The notes under the pieces are model-generated. The model made no database searches and had not been told where the DNA came from. It saw nothing but the letters and a program-made list of their open reading frames with translations. A program made the position numbers and the translations under genes. 39,945 nucleotides of DNA from Elusimicrobiota bacterium (GTDB lineage: Bacteria > Elusimicrobiota > Elusimicrobia > Elusimicrobiales > UBA9959). Each line of letters starts with the position of its first letter. The first letter of the stretch is position 1. Positions 1 through 9,491 of this stretch are shown here, piece by piece. The DNA lies in the NCBI GenBank assembly GCA_037137395.1, contig JBAXKK010000015.1, positions 1-39,945 of the forward strand, in the 5' to 3' direction.

Positions 1-61
1 GCAATCCACCTTAGGAAGAGCCTAATACCAGTCTAGACTCTCCCGACCACCTCAAGCAGCT

Positions 62-439
62 AGAAATTTAAAAAGATTCCCTAAGGATTTTATGATCACG
101 CTGACGAAGAAGGAGTCGGCCTTACTGGTGTCACAGGGTGTGATACCACACATAAAATATTTTGGTGGTCACTTGCCTCACGCATTTACTGAGCAGGGAG
201 TTGCGATGCTCTCAAGTGTTCTTAGCAGTGAACGGGCGATAGAAGTGAATATCCTTATAATGCGGGCTTTTGTGCGGTTGCGCTCACTGATGGCCTCGCA
301 CAAGGATTTAGCGCAAAAGCTTGAAGAGATGGAAAAGAAATACGATTACCAATTTAAAGTGGTTTTTGACGCCATAAAAAGCCTGATAGCCGGGCCTGCC
401 AGGAAAACAAAGAGGATAGGTTTCACAGCTGAGCCCTGA
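62..439 (+). pseudogene. ORF6N/KilA-N-like DNA-binding protein, 5'-truncated
   Basis: The ORF6N motif LPHAFTEQGVAMLSSVL..RAIEVNILIMRAFVRLR and C-terminal ..KRIGF are present. The frame extends upstream of ATG 92 as RNLKRFPKDFM, a mid-domain motif, but hits an in-frame TAA at 23-25 with no N-terminal half. Confidence 0.7.
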
Positions 440-831
440 GGAAAAGCCAATGATATACAAAACTGAAAGCTAAACAGTAGGCGGGTTTTTTACCTCCAAA
501 AAATCCTGGTTTAAAGCCGGGGAGCAGCCTGACGGTTTTCCAAAGGGCTGATTATCGCAAAGTGTTATAATTAAAAGAGGGATTTTGGTTGGGATAAACA
601 TGGCAAAACATTCACAATCTGCAAAATTTACGGCGACAGGTATATTTAAGATTTCTAAGAGTTCTCGATATTTAAAAATTACTGGTGACTTTGCTGAGCG
701 CCTTATTTTTGGCAGTGATAGATCAAAAGGCAGAATGAGCCTTTTTGCTTACTGTTGTCATAAACTTGCCTTGACGACTATATAGGATATGGAACGACTT
801 GAATGAGTTGATAACCGCAGGGGAAAATCGT

Positions 832-2316
832 ATGAACATTTTCTTATCACACATAAGATCTAAAGGCATTATCGGACAGAGTGGGATTATCGTTTGTTTA
901 TCAATTATCTTAACGTCGGGCGCCTTGCTGCTTGTTGGAGCTGTGATCCAGGCTGCTAGTTTAAATAAGTCCGGCGCTACTATAACGCTCAAGGTTCCTT
1001 GGAAACAGGCAAGAGTTACAAACATCGTGCCCGCTTTTGACTCGGGAAGAGATATCAGTGGCCGCGAGCTTGCGGCAATATTTCCTGCTAAGAGCATTGA
1101 TGCGATAGACGGGTCGATAGCCATTTCCATCGGAAGCAGCCCCGTAGTGATAGAATCTGAAAATACTGTAAGCAGTTCCGACTCGCTCAGCGACCTGGCA
1201 GAGGATTCACCATTAGGTATTCATGGCATTGAAGACGATTTACCCGAAAATCTTTCCCACCTTAAGGACAGTGGAATTCCGTGGGTTCATCTTGCCGGAC
1301 CATCGGGACTTGTCTGGGATATGGTGGAACCCACGCCTGGTGTTTACAACTGGGAGAAGCAGGACCGCCTTTTCGCCGAATTCCGGCAAATGGGCGTAAA
1401 AATATGCGTTGTCGTGCTGGCCGTCAATCGGTGGGATCAGGGTATGGTTGGCCGGCAGCGTCCCAAATTCCGCTCTCCTTTGCACATGGAGGCTTACAAA
1501 AAGTTTCTGCGGGCCGCTGTTAAACGCTATTCATCTGTGGTCGATTGTTGGCAAATAGAAAATGAAATAGACAACCATATGTCATGGGAAGACACCCCGG
1601 CTGCCTACATGGACTTGCTTTCCGCTTCATACTCCGTAATCAAGGAGAACGCTCCGGATGCCCTCGTTGCCTTCGCTGGAATGTCGAATCCGCGCTCTTG
1701 TAAGACAATGCTCCTTCCAATGCTTAAAGCTTACAGACAGGACAATCCGAAAGGAACTTGTTTTGACATAATCGATCTGCACTGGTCCCGGCAGTTCAGG
1801 GGGACTTATGACGCGCTATTGATCGGGGGCAGGCGCTATCGCCTCGCAGATACTCTGCGTGAAATCCGAAAAAATCTCAATGCCCTGGCGTTTCGCAAGA
1901 CTTCGATCTGGATCGCCGAAATGTCAGACTACTCCGGGGCGCCGGTCGCTGACCCTGTCGACGGGGATTATGTGTATAAATCTGAGTCTGAACAAGCAGT
2001 GTCTTTAACCAAGATGTCCTTGTTATCTTTGGCCAGCGGAGCCAGCCGCATTTTTTGGACCGGCATTGTGGATTGGTCTGGGTGGGGGGGGCGCGCCGGC
2101 GGATACTTCGATCATGTCGGCCTTGTATATAACCGCAGAGCCGAGCAGAAGGGGGCTAAAAAAATAGCCTACTATAGCGGAAAATTTCTCTCCCATAAAC
2201 TGAATGGCTGTAAATTTGAAGCCGCGGTAGTTGTGAACAGTGGTTCAAATATACATGTGTACAAGTTCCTTAGAAACGGAGAAATAGTGTATTTTGCATG
2301 GCGGGACCAGATTTAG
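832..2316 (+). CDS. Membrane-anchored GH-A clan (GH5/GH39-like) glycoside hydrolase
   Basis: N-terminal hydrophobic helix, WDMVEPTPGVYNW, acid/base motif WQIENEID and nucleophile motif IWIAEM. ATG 832 follows GGGGAAAA; the track start is TTG 799. Confidence 0.75.
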   Translation: MNIFLSHIRSKGIIGQSGIIVCLSIILTSGALLLVGAVIQAASLNKSGATITLKVPWKQARVTNIVPAFDSGRDISGRELAAIFPAKSIDAIDGSIAISIGSSPVVIESENTVSSSDSLSDLAEDSPLGIHGIEDDLPENLSHLKDSGIPWVHLAGPSGLVWDMVEPTPGVYNWEKQDRLFAEFRQMGVKICVVVLAVNRWDQGMVGRQRPKFRSPLHMEAYKKFLRAAVKRYSSVVDCWQIENEIDNHMSWEDTPAAYMDLLSASYSVIKENAPDALVAFAGMSNPRSCKTMLLPMLKAYRQDNPKGTCFDIIDLHWSRQFRGTYDALLIGGRRYRLADTLREIRKNLNALAFRKTSIWIAEMSDYSGAPVADPVDGDYVYKSESEQAVSLTKMSLLSLASGASRIFWTGIVDWSGWGGRAGGYFDHVGLVYNRRAEQKGAKKIAYYSGKFLSHKLNGCKFEAAVVVNSGSNIHVYKFLRNGEIVYFAWRDQI

Positions 2317-2437
2317 AATTTCACGCTTTTGGGTATAGCACCCACAATTCAACTGTATTAACCTGATGTTCCCGACTGGGCTATCCTGCGGCTCACTAGC
2401 CCAAAGTAGATCAGCCCGGCATTCCTTCTTTAAATTG

Positions 2438-2443
2438 TAGAAT
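2438..2443 (+). promoter_or_regulatory. Putative -10 box of a leaderless mtaB transcript
   Basis: TAGAAT lies 6 nt before ATG 2450 and there is no Shine-Dalgarno. Confidence 0.5.
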
Positions 2444-2449
2444 GTACTT

Positions 2450-3697
2450 ATGAAGGTTTATTTTAAGACCGTGGGGTGCCGCGTGAACCAGGTGGAAACC
2501 CAGAGCCTGGCGGAAAAATTCTCATCCCTGGGCTATGACCCAGCCTCCGGACCCGAGGAGGCTGACGTTGTCGTGGTCAACTCCTGCAGCGTTACCGAAT
2601 ACGCGGACCGAGACACTTTAAACTTCATCAGAAAAACTGCCGCGGCCAATCCTAAAGCCCGGCTGGTGGTTACAGGATGTATGGCCACGCTGGCCCCCCA
2701 AAAGATACTGGAGCTCGCGCCCGGCGCTGCCATTTTTCATAACAAAGACAAGGAAAAAATACCTTACTCCATGGCCGGCCTTCCGCCTAAAGAGGACTTT
2801 TTCAGCGTCAGCAAATTCTCCGGCCGCACCCGGGCCTTCATCAAGGTTCAGGACGGCTGCAATCTCAGGTGCGCCTACTGCCTTGTGCCGTCCGCGCGCA
2901 GCGATATCAAATCCAAAAAAATATCGTCCGCCATAGACGAGATTAAAAATCTCGGGTCCGCCGGTTTCAAGGAAATGGTAATTTGCGGTACGCGCCTTGG
3001 CATGTATAAATGCCCCGAGACCGGCCTGGATCTCATTGGTCTGATGGTAGAACTCTTTAAACTTCCGGGAGATTTCAGGATCAGGTTCTCTTCGCTTGAG
3101 CCGGTTGAGGTTTCCGAAGAGCTGGCCGTGGTGTTAAAAGGCGGGGGAGAACGATTCTGCGACTATTTTCATCTCCCGTTGCAGGCCGGTTCGGACGCCG
3201 TTCTCGGCGCCATGGGCCGCCCTTATGCAACCGCGGATTACATGAAAAAACTTGAGATCCTGAGAAAAAACTTTAAAGAGCCAGGACTTTTCGCCGATGT
3301 CATCGCCGGCTTTCCGACCGAGACGGAAGAACAATTTACAGAGACTCTGACTTTTGTCGAGGAGTGCTGTTTCGCGGGACTCCATATCTTCAGGTTCTCA
3401 AGGCGTCCGGGCACGCGCGCTTACACCTTAAAGCCACTGCATCCTAAAATTGTCAAGGAGCGCGCAGAACGACTACGAGCGCTGGACGCCAGGCTACGAG
3501 CCTCTTACGCCGCCTCCATGTGCGGACGTTCGCTTAAAGTCCTGGTCCTTCAAAACAAAGGCGGCTCCGCTCTCGGTCTCGCATCCAATTTTCTCAATGT
3601 CAGCCTTAAAGGCGAATTTAAGTCAGGCTCATTTGTTAAGGCTAGGATAACCGACGCCACCCGTGGCGCCTGCTCCGGCGAGCAAGTTCAGCCGTAG
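2450..3697 (+). CDS. mtaB: tRNA t6A37 methylthiotransferase MtaB (radical SAM)
   Basis: UPF0004 N-terminus GCRVNQVET..NSCSVT..VTGC, then RTRAFIKVQDGCNLRCAYC (CxxxCxxC) and a TRAM-like tail. Confidence 0.88.
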   Translation: MKVYFKTVGCRVNQVETQSLAEKFSSLGYDPASGPEEADVVVVNSCSVTEYADRDTLNFIRKTAAANPKARLVVTGCMATLAPQKILELAPGAAIFHNKDKEKIPYSMAGLPPKEDFFSVSKFSGRTRAFIKVQDGCNLRCAYCLVPSARSDIKSKKISSAIDEIKNLGSAGFKEMVICGTRLGMYKCPETGLDLIGLMVELFKLPGDFRIRFSSLEPVEVSEELAVVLKGGGERFCDYFHLPLQAGSDAVLGAMGRPYATADYMKKLEILRKNFKEPGLFADVIAGFPTETEEQFTETLTFVEECCFAGLHIFRFSRRPGTRAYTLKPLHPKIVKERAERLRALDARLRASYAASMCGRSLKVLVLQNKGGSALGLASNFLNVSLKGEFKSGSFVKARITDATRGACSGEQVQP

Positions 3698-3755
3698 GCC
3701 GTGCGAATTGTGCTAACTTTTAATTTAATATTTAATTAAACTTGCGCGGACAACT

Positions 3756-3764
3756 TGCTATAAT
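3756..3764 (+). promoter_or_regulatory. Extended -10 promoter (TGcTATAAT) for the 3911 operon
   Basis: Perfect TGnTATAAT preceded by an AT-rich tract at 3715-3740. Confidence 0.6.
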
Positions 3765-3910
3765 TAGTATAAATATCAATGGCGGTTCTTTATATTGCTA
3801 AAAGCCGGCTATTTTACCGATTTTTCCGACTCGGTCGCGCGTTTTGGGGCTCAAAGACCCGTGGCTGATCCAGAACCGGGAATTCATGGTAAAATCCCGG
3901 GAGATATAAA

Positions 3911-5659
3911 ATGGACGATAAAAGAGAAGAAAGACGAAAAGAGTCTATCGACGAGATACTTTCCGATTTGAATGGTCTTTTAAACAAGATGCCCGCCATC
4001 CTTGAGGGCATAAAATTATCAGATGTGAAGCCCGTTGATTTCCTTAGCCCGCAGATGCCGGAACCGGCCGCTGACCTTGATATAAGACCGGAGATACTGT
4101 CCGAACCGGCGCCGGGCTCTGCTTGCGAGTCTGATTCCGGGAAGCTCCAGGAACCCTCAACCGCGGCCGGGATTGAGGAACGGCCGCTGACTGAAGGAGA
4201 TATCATTTACAACTCCGGCACATCGGAAGAGCGGCGGACTCCGGGCATCGTAATTGAGGAAGAAAAAAATAAACTGGTTCCGCAGTCATTGGGAGAATAT
4301 ATGTTTTCCCGGAACGACCAGCCTGAGCCGGAAATTACTGAGTGCCGCGCCACGCCGCCGGAACCAATTATCTATCCTGAGCCGCTTGGGCTTAATTCCA
4401 GTCCAGTGTTCCCTGAGATAGAGCCTGAAGTCTCATGTTTTAATTTAGAGACCCTAAAGGACGACGAAGCCGTTGTCGAAAGCTCTTTCAAACCTGGCCC
4501 TGAAAAAGCGGAAGACGAAAAAACCACCGCGGTTTTTGAGCGTACCAGAGATTTCGGAGTGCCGGATATAGACACGCTGATAGGGCTTTTGCAGAAAGAA
4601 GTTCTGCCGGTTGAACAGCCGGGAGCTGATGAGGAATTTAAGAATGACGGGAACGTTAATCTTGACGGCGTCGGTTCAGCCGGGGGATCTGAGAAACAGG
4701 CTGAACCGGTGTCTGCGGCGGCACCGGCGGACGATGTTTTAATTCAGCCGGAGCCTGTCCTTGAGCGGATAGAATCAGCCCTGGCCGTGCCTGAGGCGGA
4801 GACTCAGCCCGCCCCGGGTCCGGATCTGGGAAATATCGTAATCGCGCCGCGCGTTGTGAGCGCGGATGAAAAAGGGGAAACAATGAATATCAAAATGGAA
4901 AACCTTGGGAACGATGAGCCCTCCAAACCGGCCGATGCCGAGGAGATAATTCTGCCAGTACAGACTGAACCTGTAAAACAGGAACCTGCGGTCCCCGAAG
5001 CCGGAGCCGCCGGAGCAGAGCCGCGGTTAGAGCGGTCTTCTCCGAACCAATTTACACTTAAAGCAAACGCCCCTGCGCCTACTGAACCGGGCTTAGTGAT
5101 AGAGCGGAACCCGGTTTTTAATTCCCCTACGCCAGCCGCGGCGCCGGGAGACAACGATAAAACAATGGTTTTTCCCCCGGCCGCCGCCATGCCGGAAGAG
5201 GCGAAGACGGTTATTTACAAAGCCGCCGCTGATTCCGGAGTGACTTCGGGTGGAGACGTCGATCTTGGGCCCCTGGCTGAGCGGCCCGTTCCGGACGGCA
5301 TACCTGCGGAACGCGTGCGCACTATCGCTTTCATCTACGCCCAGGAGGACGCCGGTTTCTGCGCCGAAATGCTGAAGGAGTTGGACTCCATCTGCCTTAA
5401 GTCTACTTCAAAACCGATGTTTATTAAACGGGGTTTTGTTATGGTATGCGCTCCGGGGGTCAGCGGCAATGTTTATATGCAGAAGGTCGCGGACGCAGGC
5501 GCCGCCGGGTTGATCTGCATGGGCAATATACCGCAGGAAAATATTTACGAAATGGAGAATGTTTTTACCGCCGGAGGAGTGTTCTTCAAGCACTTTCCGC
5601 GGGCGGCTTTCACCCATTCCGCCGCGCTGGACCTTGTGACGGAGTTCATCCTGAGATAG
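3911..5659 (+). CDS. Hypothetical scaffold-like protein: N-terminal amphipathic helix, long Pro/Glu/Asp-rich disordered region, C-terminal alpha/beta domain
   Basis: GGGAG SD, N-terminal ESIDEILSDLNGLLNKM, over 400 aa of low-complexity acidic linker, and a folded last ~115 aa. Confidence 0.8.
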   Translation: MDDKREERRKESIDEILSDLNGLLNKMPAILEGIKLSDVKPVDFLSPQMPEPAADLDIRPEILSEPAPGSACESDSGKLQEPSTAAGIEERPLTEGDIIYNSGTSEERRTPGIVIEEEKNKLVPQSLGEYMFSRNDQPEPEITECRATPPEPIIYPEPLGLNSSPVFPEIEPEVSCFNLETLKDDEAVVESSFKPGPEKAEDEKTTAVFERTRDFGVPDIDTLIGLLQKEVLPVEQPGADEEFKNDGNVNLDGVGSAGGSEKQAEPVSAAAPADDVLIQPEPVLERIESALAVPEAETQPAPGPDLGNIVIAPRVVSADEKGETMNIKMENLGNDEPSKPADAEEIILPVQTEPVKQEPAVPEAGAAGAEPRLERSSPNQFTLKANAPAPTEPGLVIERNPVFNSPTPAAAPGDNDKTMVFPPAAAMPEEAKTVIYKAAADSGVTSGGDVDLGPLAERPVPDGIPAERVRTIAFIYAQEDAGFCAEMLKELDSICLKSTSKPMFIKRGFVMVCAPGVSGNVYMQKVADAGAAGLICMGNIPQENIYEMENVFTAGGVFFKHFPRAAFTHSAALDLVTEFILR

Positions 5660-5665
5660 ATTTTT

Positions 5666-7438
5666 ATGATAAAAAAATGGGATATCGCGCCCGCTCCCGG
5701 CGAAAAGAATTCGGCCAGGCACAAGCTTCTCATAAAAGGGGATATGAGGGATGTTTTTCTTGTGGTCAAAAAGCTTGGCGCCATCTGTTCCCGGCCGGAA
5801 AAAACTTCCGGCGATTTTGACTTTGTCATCTACCTTTCCAAACTAAAACCGGATACTGTCGGAAAGATAAAAGAGCTTGCGTCAGAGCTTAGCGCCCCTT
5901 CTGATACCACGCCGCCCATGGAACCAGCCAAAGCGGCGGCCGCCAATCCCGAGCCCTTCGAGCCGCCGCGCCCGAAGATAAAAACCGATTTTGACGAGCC
6001 GATCACGCCTGCGGCTAAAGTTTCCGCGCCGGAGAGCCCGGCGGCAGAAATCGCCCCGCAACCGGGCCCGGCTCCCCGGGCAAAAGAGCCTGAAGCCGCC
6101 CCGCCGTCCTTTGTTACCGGCCGCGGGCTGCCGTTCGTTCCGGCCGCCAGTTCCAGGATAAAAGCTGAGATAGAAAAACCGGAGGAAAAACCTAAAGCGG
6201 CCATACAGCCGCAGGAAACTCCTAAGCCCGCGGTTTCTTCACATGGGAAAACTAGATGGTCGGTGGAGCTGCCCCTCGTGCCTACATGCAGTTTTAAGAC
6301 GCTAATCTCAGGTTCACATAACCGTTTTGCCCACGCGGCAGCTATGGCTGTGGTGGAAAACCCCGGCATGATATACAATCCGCTTCTGATCTTCGGAGTG
6401 CCGGGCACAGGCAAGACCCATTTTGTGCATGCCATATCCTACGGCCTGTCCTCTTCTATAGGCCAGGACAAAATCTTCGTCACGAACGGCATTAAGCTGT
6501 CGAAGAGCGTGGACATCGCCGTCAAAGATGGCACCATTGGAAAGCTGGATGAAATCATGTCGAACGTTAAGGTTCTCATTATAGACGACATTCATCTCCT
6601 GATGTTGACCGATGTCAATAGAAAATATATCTCCAAATGGCTCAATGAGTTTATGACCAAGAATAAGCAGATTCTGGTTACCTCAGTGTTCCCTCCGAAG
6701 TCGCTGGGGGGGTTGGAAGAAGCCGTCGGCTTCCAGTTCACGCAGGGCTGGATGGTGGACCTGAAGTCTCCGGACCCCCAGACCTACAAAGTTATATTGG
6801 CTCAGCTGCTGCAGGGCATGGATATAAAGCTTTCGGATACGGATATAGGCAATATTTTCGTCGACAAGGGCACACCGTTCGGAGAAGCTATCCGGGCGCT
6901 GGAGGGAATGAAGAAGCTTGAAAAATTTATTATTAACACAGAGCCGGCTTCGCACGCTAAGCTCCTGGATATCCTGCTGGGGTTAAGCGAAATGGAAATC
7001 GGCGCCACTCTTACGGACGCTGAATGTGACAAGGCCTCCGGCTGGAAACCCCTCTCCGATAATTCCTGGTTCAAATGGGGGATAGTCTATCCCAAGGGAA
7101 TGAAGCGGGAGGCTCAGTACGCTCTTTATAGGACTCATGAACGCTCCGCGGAGCTGGGATTAAGAGTGGAGTGGCAGCAGGTTTTTATGGAAGAATACAG
7201 TCCGGATGAACTCTACGGAACCCCTTTTAAAATAGGCAACTTAGCCAGCGAGCACAAGGTTAACGGTGTCATTATCCTGGGCCCCCAGCCGACTTCCGCT
7301 CTGGGCGCGCAGGAGGCTGAGTTCCGGCATATCACAATAAAAATCCTTGAAAGTTTTATGTTAAAAGGCGCCTGGATACAGCACGGCCGGATAAAATCTC
7401 CGGCCGCATACACCAAAACCCTCATGGATCTTTTATAA
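5666..7438 (+). CDS. DnaA-family AAA+ paralogue lacking domain IV
   Basis: SFKTLISGSHNRFAHAAAMAVVENPGMIYNPLLIFGVPGTGKTH (DnaA domain IIIa/Walker A) and Walker B LIIDDIH. A Pro-rich linker precedes the ATPase, and the N- and C-terminal domains are not DnaA-like. Confidence 0.85.
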   Translation: MIKKWDIAPAPGEKNSARHKLLIKGDMRDVFLVVKKLGAICSRPEKTSGDFDFVIYLSKLKPDTVGKIKELASELSAPSDTTPPMEPAKAAAANPEPFEPPRPKIKTDFDEPITPAAKVSAPESPAAEIAPQPGPAPRAKEPEAAPPSFVTGRGLPFVPAASSRIKAEIEKPEEKPKAAIQPQETPKPAVSSHGKTRWSVELPLVPTCSFKTLISGSHNRFAHAAAMAVVENPGMIYNPLLIFGVPGTGKTHFVHAISYGLSSSIGQDKIFVTNGIKLSKSVDIAVKDGTIGKLDEIMSNVKVLIIDDIHLLMLTDVNRKYISKWLNEFMTKNKQILVTSVFPPKSLGGLEEAVGFQFTQGWMVDLKSPDPQTYKVILAQLLQGMDIKLSDTDIGNIFVDKGTPFGEAIRALEGMKKLEKFIINTEPASHAKLLDILLGLSEMEIGATLTDAECDKASGWKPLSDNSWFKWGIVYPKGMKREAQYALYRTHERSAELGLRVEWQQVFMEEYSPDELYGTPFKIGNLASEHKVNGVIILGPQPTSALGAQEAEFRHITIKILESFMLKGAWIQHGRIKSPAAYTKTLMDLL

Positions 7439-7481
7439 GCGGCCGTCGGGCCGTTATTGTTTTGCTTTAGGACACGATTTA

Positions 7482-9425
7482 ATGAATGAATTTATTTTTT
7501 CTCTTATACTCGCAGCCGCAGGCTCATTCGCGGTTTACTGGTACATTAAATTCCAGTATGTGCTGCCGCTTGAGGGCCGCTCGCGCGGGCTTGAAAAAGC
7601 CTTTAATCGCTTTACGGCCTTTTCCAAGGAAGTCCTGGATCACATATATATCCCGGAATCTGAGGAGAATTACGGGGATATTACCAGCTATTACCTCATA
7701 AAGATCCACAAAGTTTTTCCGGACAGTTCCATGCTTGTGTTTGAAGCCGCGCAAGACCAGTGGAAGCTCGTCAATTACCTGAAAAATATAAAGACCGAAC
7801 CTAAACTCATGACCGGGTATAAATGGGAGGTCTTTGACCGGTGCGCGGCGGACGAAGAGGCTGTAGTACTTGACTCCGTTTCAGGGGAAACCGACCCCGG
7901 CGCGGCGGAATTATTCCGTGTTTTCGGCATCAAGGCAGCCCTGGCCGTCCCGTTCATGCAGACCGGAGGCCGGGCCAGGCGCATAATGGTCTTCGGCGAC
8001 TCCGGCACCGGGCATTTTGACTCCGCCGGACAGTATCTCCGTTTTATCACCGCCCAGCTTAACGCGATCCATAAGACATCTGAAAAAGTTTTTTCCGGCA
8101 AGAAGGATAATGACCAGCTCAAGAGCGAGTTGAACTCTGTCGTGAAGGAACTGGATATGGCCGGCTCCCGTCTGATTCAGCGAGCCAAGGAGCGCCATGC
8201 GCTTTACGAGGTCGTAACCAAGGTTACCGGCGAGGAAAAGGACGTTAAGGTCGGGACTACCGCCATTCTTAATGTTGTGGCTAAAATGGTGGATGCCGAC
8301 GTAGTGGCTTGCATGCTTTTTGACGAATCCAGAAACGAGCTTGTTATCAGCCCAGGGTCCTTCGGCGTAACTGACTCTGAGCGCATGCAGTACAGTGTTC
8401 CCGTAGGTAATGTTACCTCCGCCTCAGTGCGGACCTTCCTCAGCCGCAAGCCTTTTATAACTCCGGACGCGCAGAACGATCCCGAGGTTCAGGCCCAGTA
8501 CGCCAAGCTTTGGAATATTCGTTCCATGATGCTGGTGCCGATTTCGCTTCACGGCCGGGTCGTAGGAGTATTGCGCGTGGGCTCGCGCCACCGGGATTTC
8601 TTCACCCAGGACCAGCTTGAGTTCCTGACTATCATCGCGGACGAACTGGCCATCATTATGGAAATGGTCACTCTTTATGACAATCTTTCCAAGACCGCGG
8701 GGGAACTGGCCCAGATGAACAGGATGAAAGATGAATTCCTTTCAACGGTAAGCCACGAACTCAAGACTCCTTTGACAACCATAAAGGGCTTTGTTTCCGT
8801 AATAATGAGCGGAGAATCCGGAGCGCTGAATGAGCAACAGATGAGTTTCCTCACCATTGTCGACCAGTCGGTCAACCGTCTCACGCATCTAATCTCCAAC
8901 CTCCTGGATCTCTCGCGTCTGAACGGCAAAGTGGAAATGGAATTCTCTATCGTGAGCCTGGAGGGTCTGATTCGAAATTCCGTTTCCAGCATGCTAATTA
9001 AGGCCAAGGAAAAAAACATTTCTCTTTCCTCGGCTGTCGATTGCAACCTTCCGCCGGTATACGCCGATCCCAGGTGGATAGGTCAGGTCGTGGACAACCT
9101 TCTGATCAACGCTATCAAGTATTCCGGCTCCGGGGCGCGGGTCAGCGTCAGCGGATACGACAAAGGCGAAGCGGTAGTGGTCTGTATTGAAGATAACGGT
9201 CCCGGCATACCTGTTGAAGAACAGAAACTTATATTCGATAAATTTTACCGTGGAAAAGCGAGCGCCAACCAGGTGCCCGGCACGGGCCTGGGGCTCGCAA
9301 TTTCCAAGTCCGTGGTGGAAAAGCACGAGGGTAAGATCTGGCTGGAGTCCAAGCCTGGCGTCGGGTGTAAATTTCTGTTCGCGATTCCTGTGGCCAAAGC
9401 CCGGCACGGTCTTACCGCGAAGTAA
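7482..9425 (+). CDS. Sensor histidine kinase (TM, GAF-like, GAF, HisKA, HATPase_c)
   Basis: H-box FLSTVSHELKTPL, N-box NLLINAIKYS, G1 EDNGPGI, G2 GTGLGL and GAF motif SMMLVPISLHGRVVGVL. Confidence 0.93.
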   Translation: MNEFIFSLILAAAGSFAVYWYIKFQYVLPLEGRSRGLEKAFNRFTAFSKEVLDHIYIPESEENYGDITSYYLIKIHKVFPDSSMLVFEAAQDQWKLVNYLKNIKTEPKLMTGYKWEVFDRCAADEEAVVLDSVSGETDPGAAELFRVFGIKAALAVPFMQTGGRARRIMVFGDSGTGHFDSAGQYLRFITAQLNAIHKTSEKVFSGKKDNDQLKSELNSVVKELDMAGSRLIQRAKERHALYEVVTKVTGEEKDVKVGTTAILNVVAKMVDADVVACMLFDESRNELVISPGSFGVTDSERMQYSVPVGNVTSASVRTFLSRKPFITPDAQNDPEVQAQYAKLWNIRSMMLVPISLHGRVVGVLRVGSRHRDFFTQDQLEFLTIIADELAIIMEMVTLYDNLSKTAGELAQMNRMKDEFLSTVSHELKTPLTTIKGFVSVIMSGESGALNEQQMSFLTIVDQSVNRLTHLISNLLDLSRLNGKVEMEFSIVSLEGLIRNSVSSMLIKAKEKNISLSSAVDCNLPPVYADPRWIGQVVDNLLINAIKYSGSGARVSVSGYDKGEAVVVCIEDNGPGIPVEEQKLIFDKFYRGKASANQVPGTGLGLAISKSVVEKHEGKIWLESKPGVGCKFLFAIPVAKARHGLTAK

Positions 9426-9491
9426 GTCGCCGGTTTGGAATAAGAATTTGCGCCAGCCATAAGGGACAGCGGCAGCTAAAAGGAGATTTTT

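Noticed and set aside
3779..3868. 29-aa upstream ORF before the scaffold gene
   Set aside because: No SD, homology or attenuator features support it.
3700..3910. oriC next to the dnaA-like gene
   Set aside because: The region is AT-rich but has no TTATCCACA-type box cluster, no dnaN or gyrB neighbours, and the protein lacks domain IV.
5666..7438. Calling the gene dnaA or hda
   Set aside because: It has no DNA-binding domain, no arginine finger and no clear clamp-binding motif.
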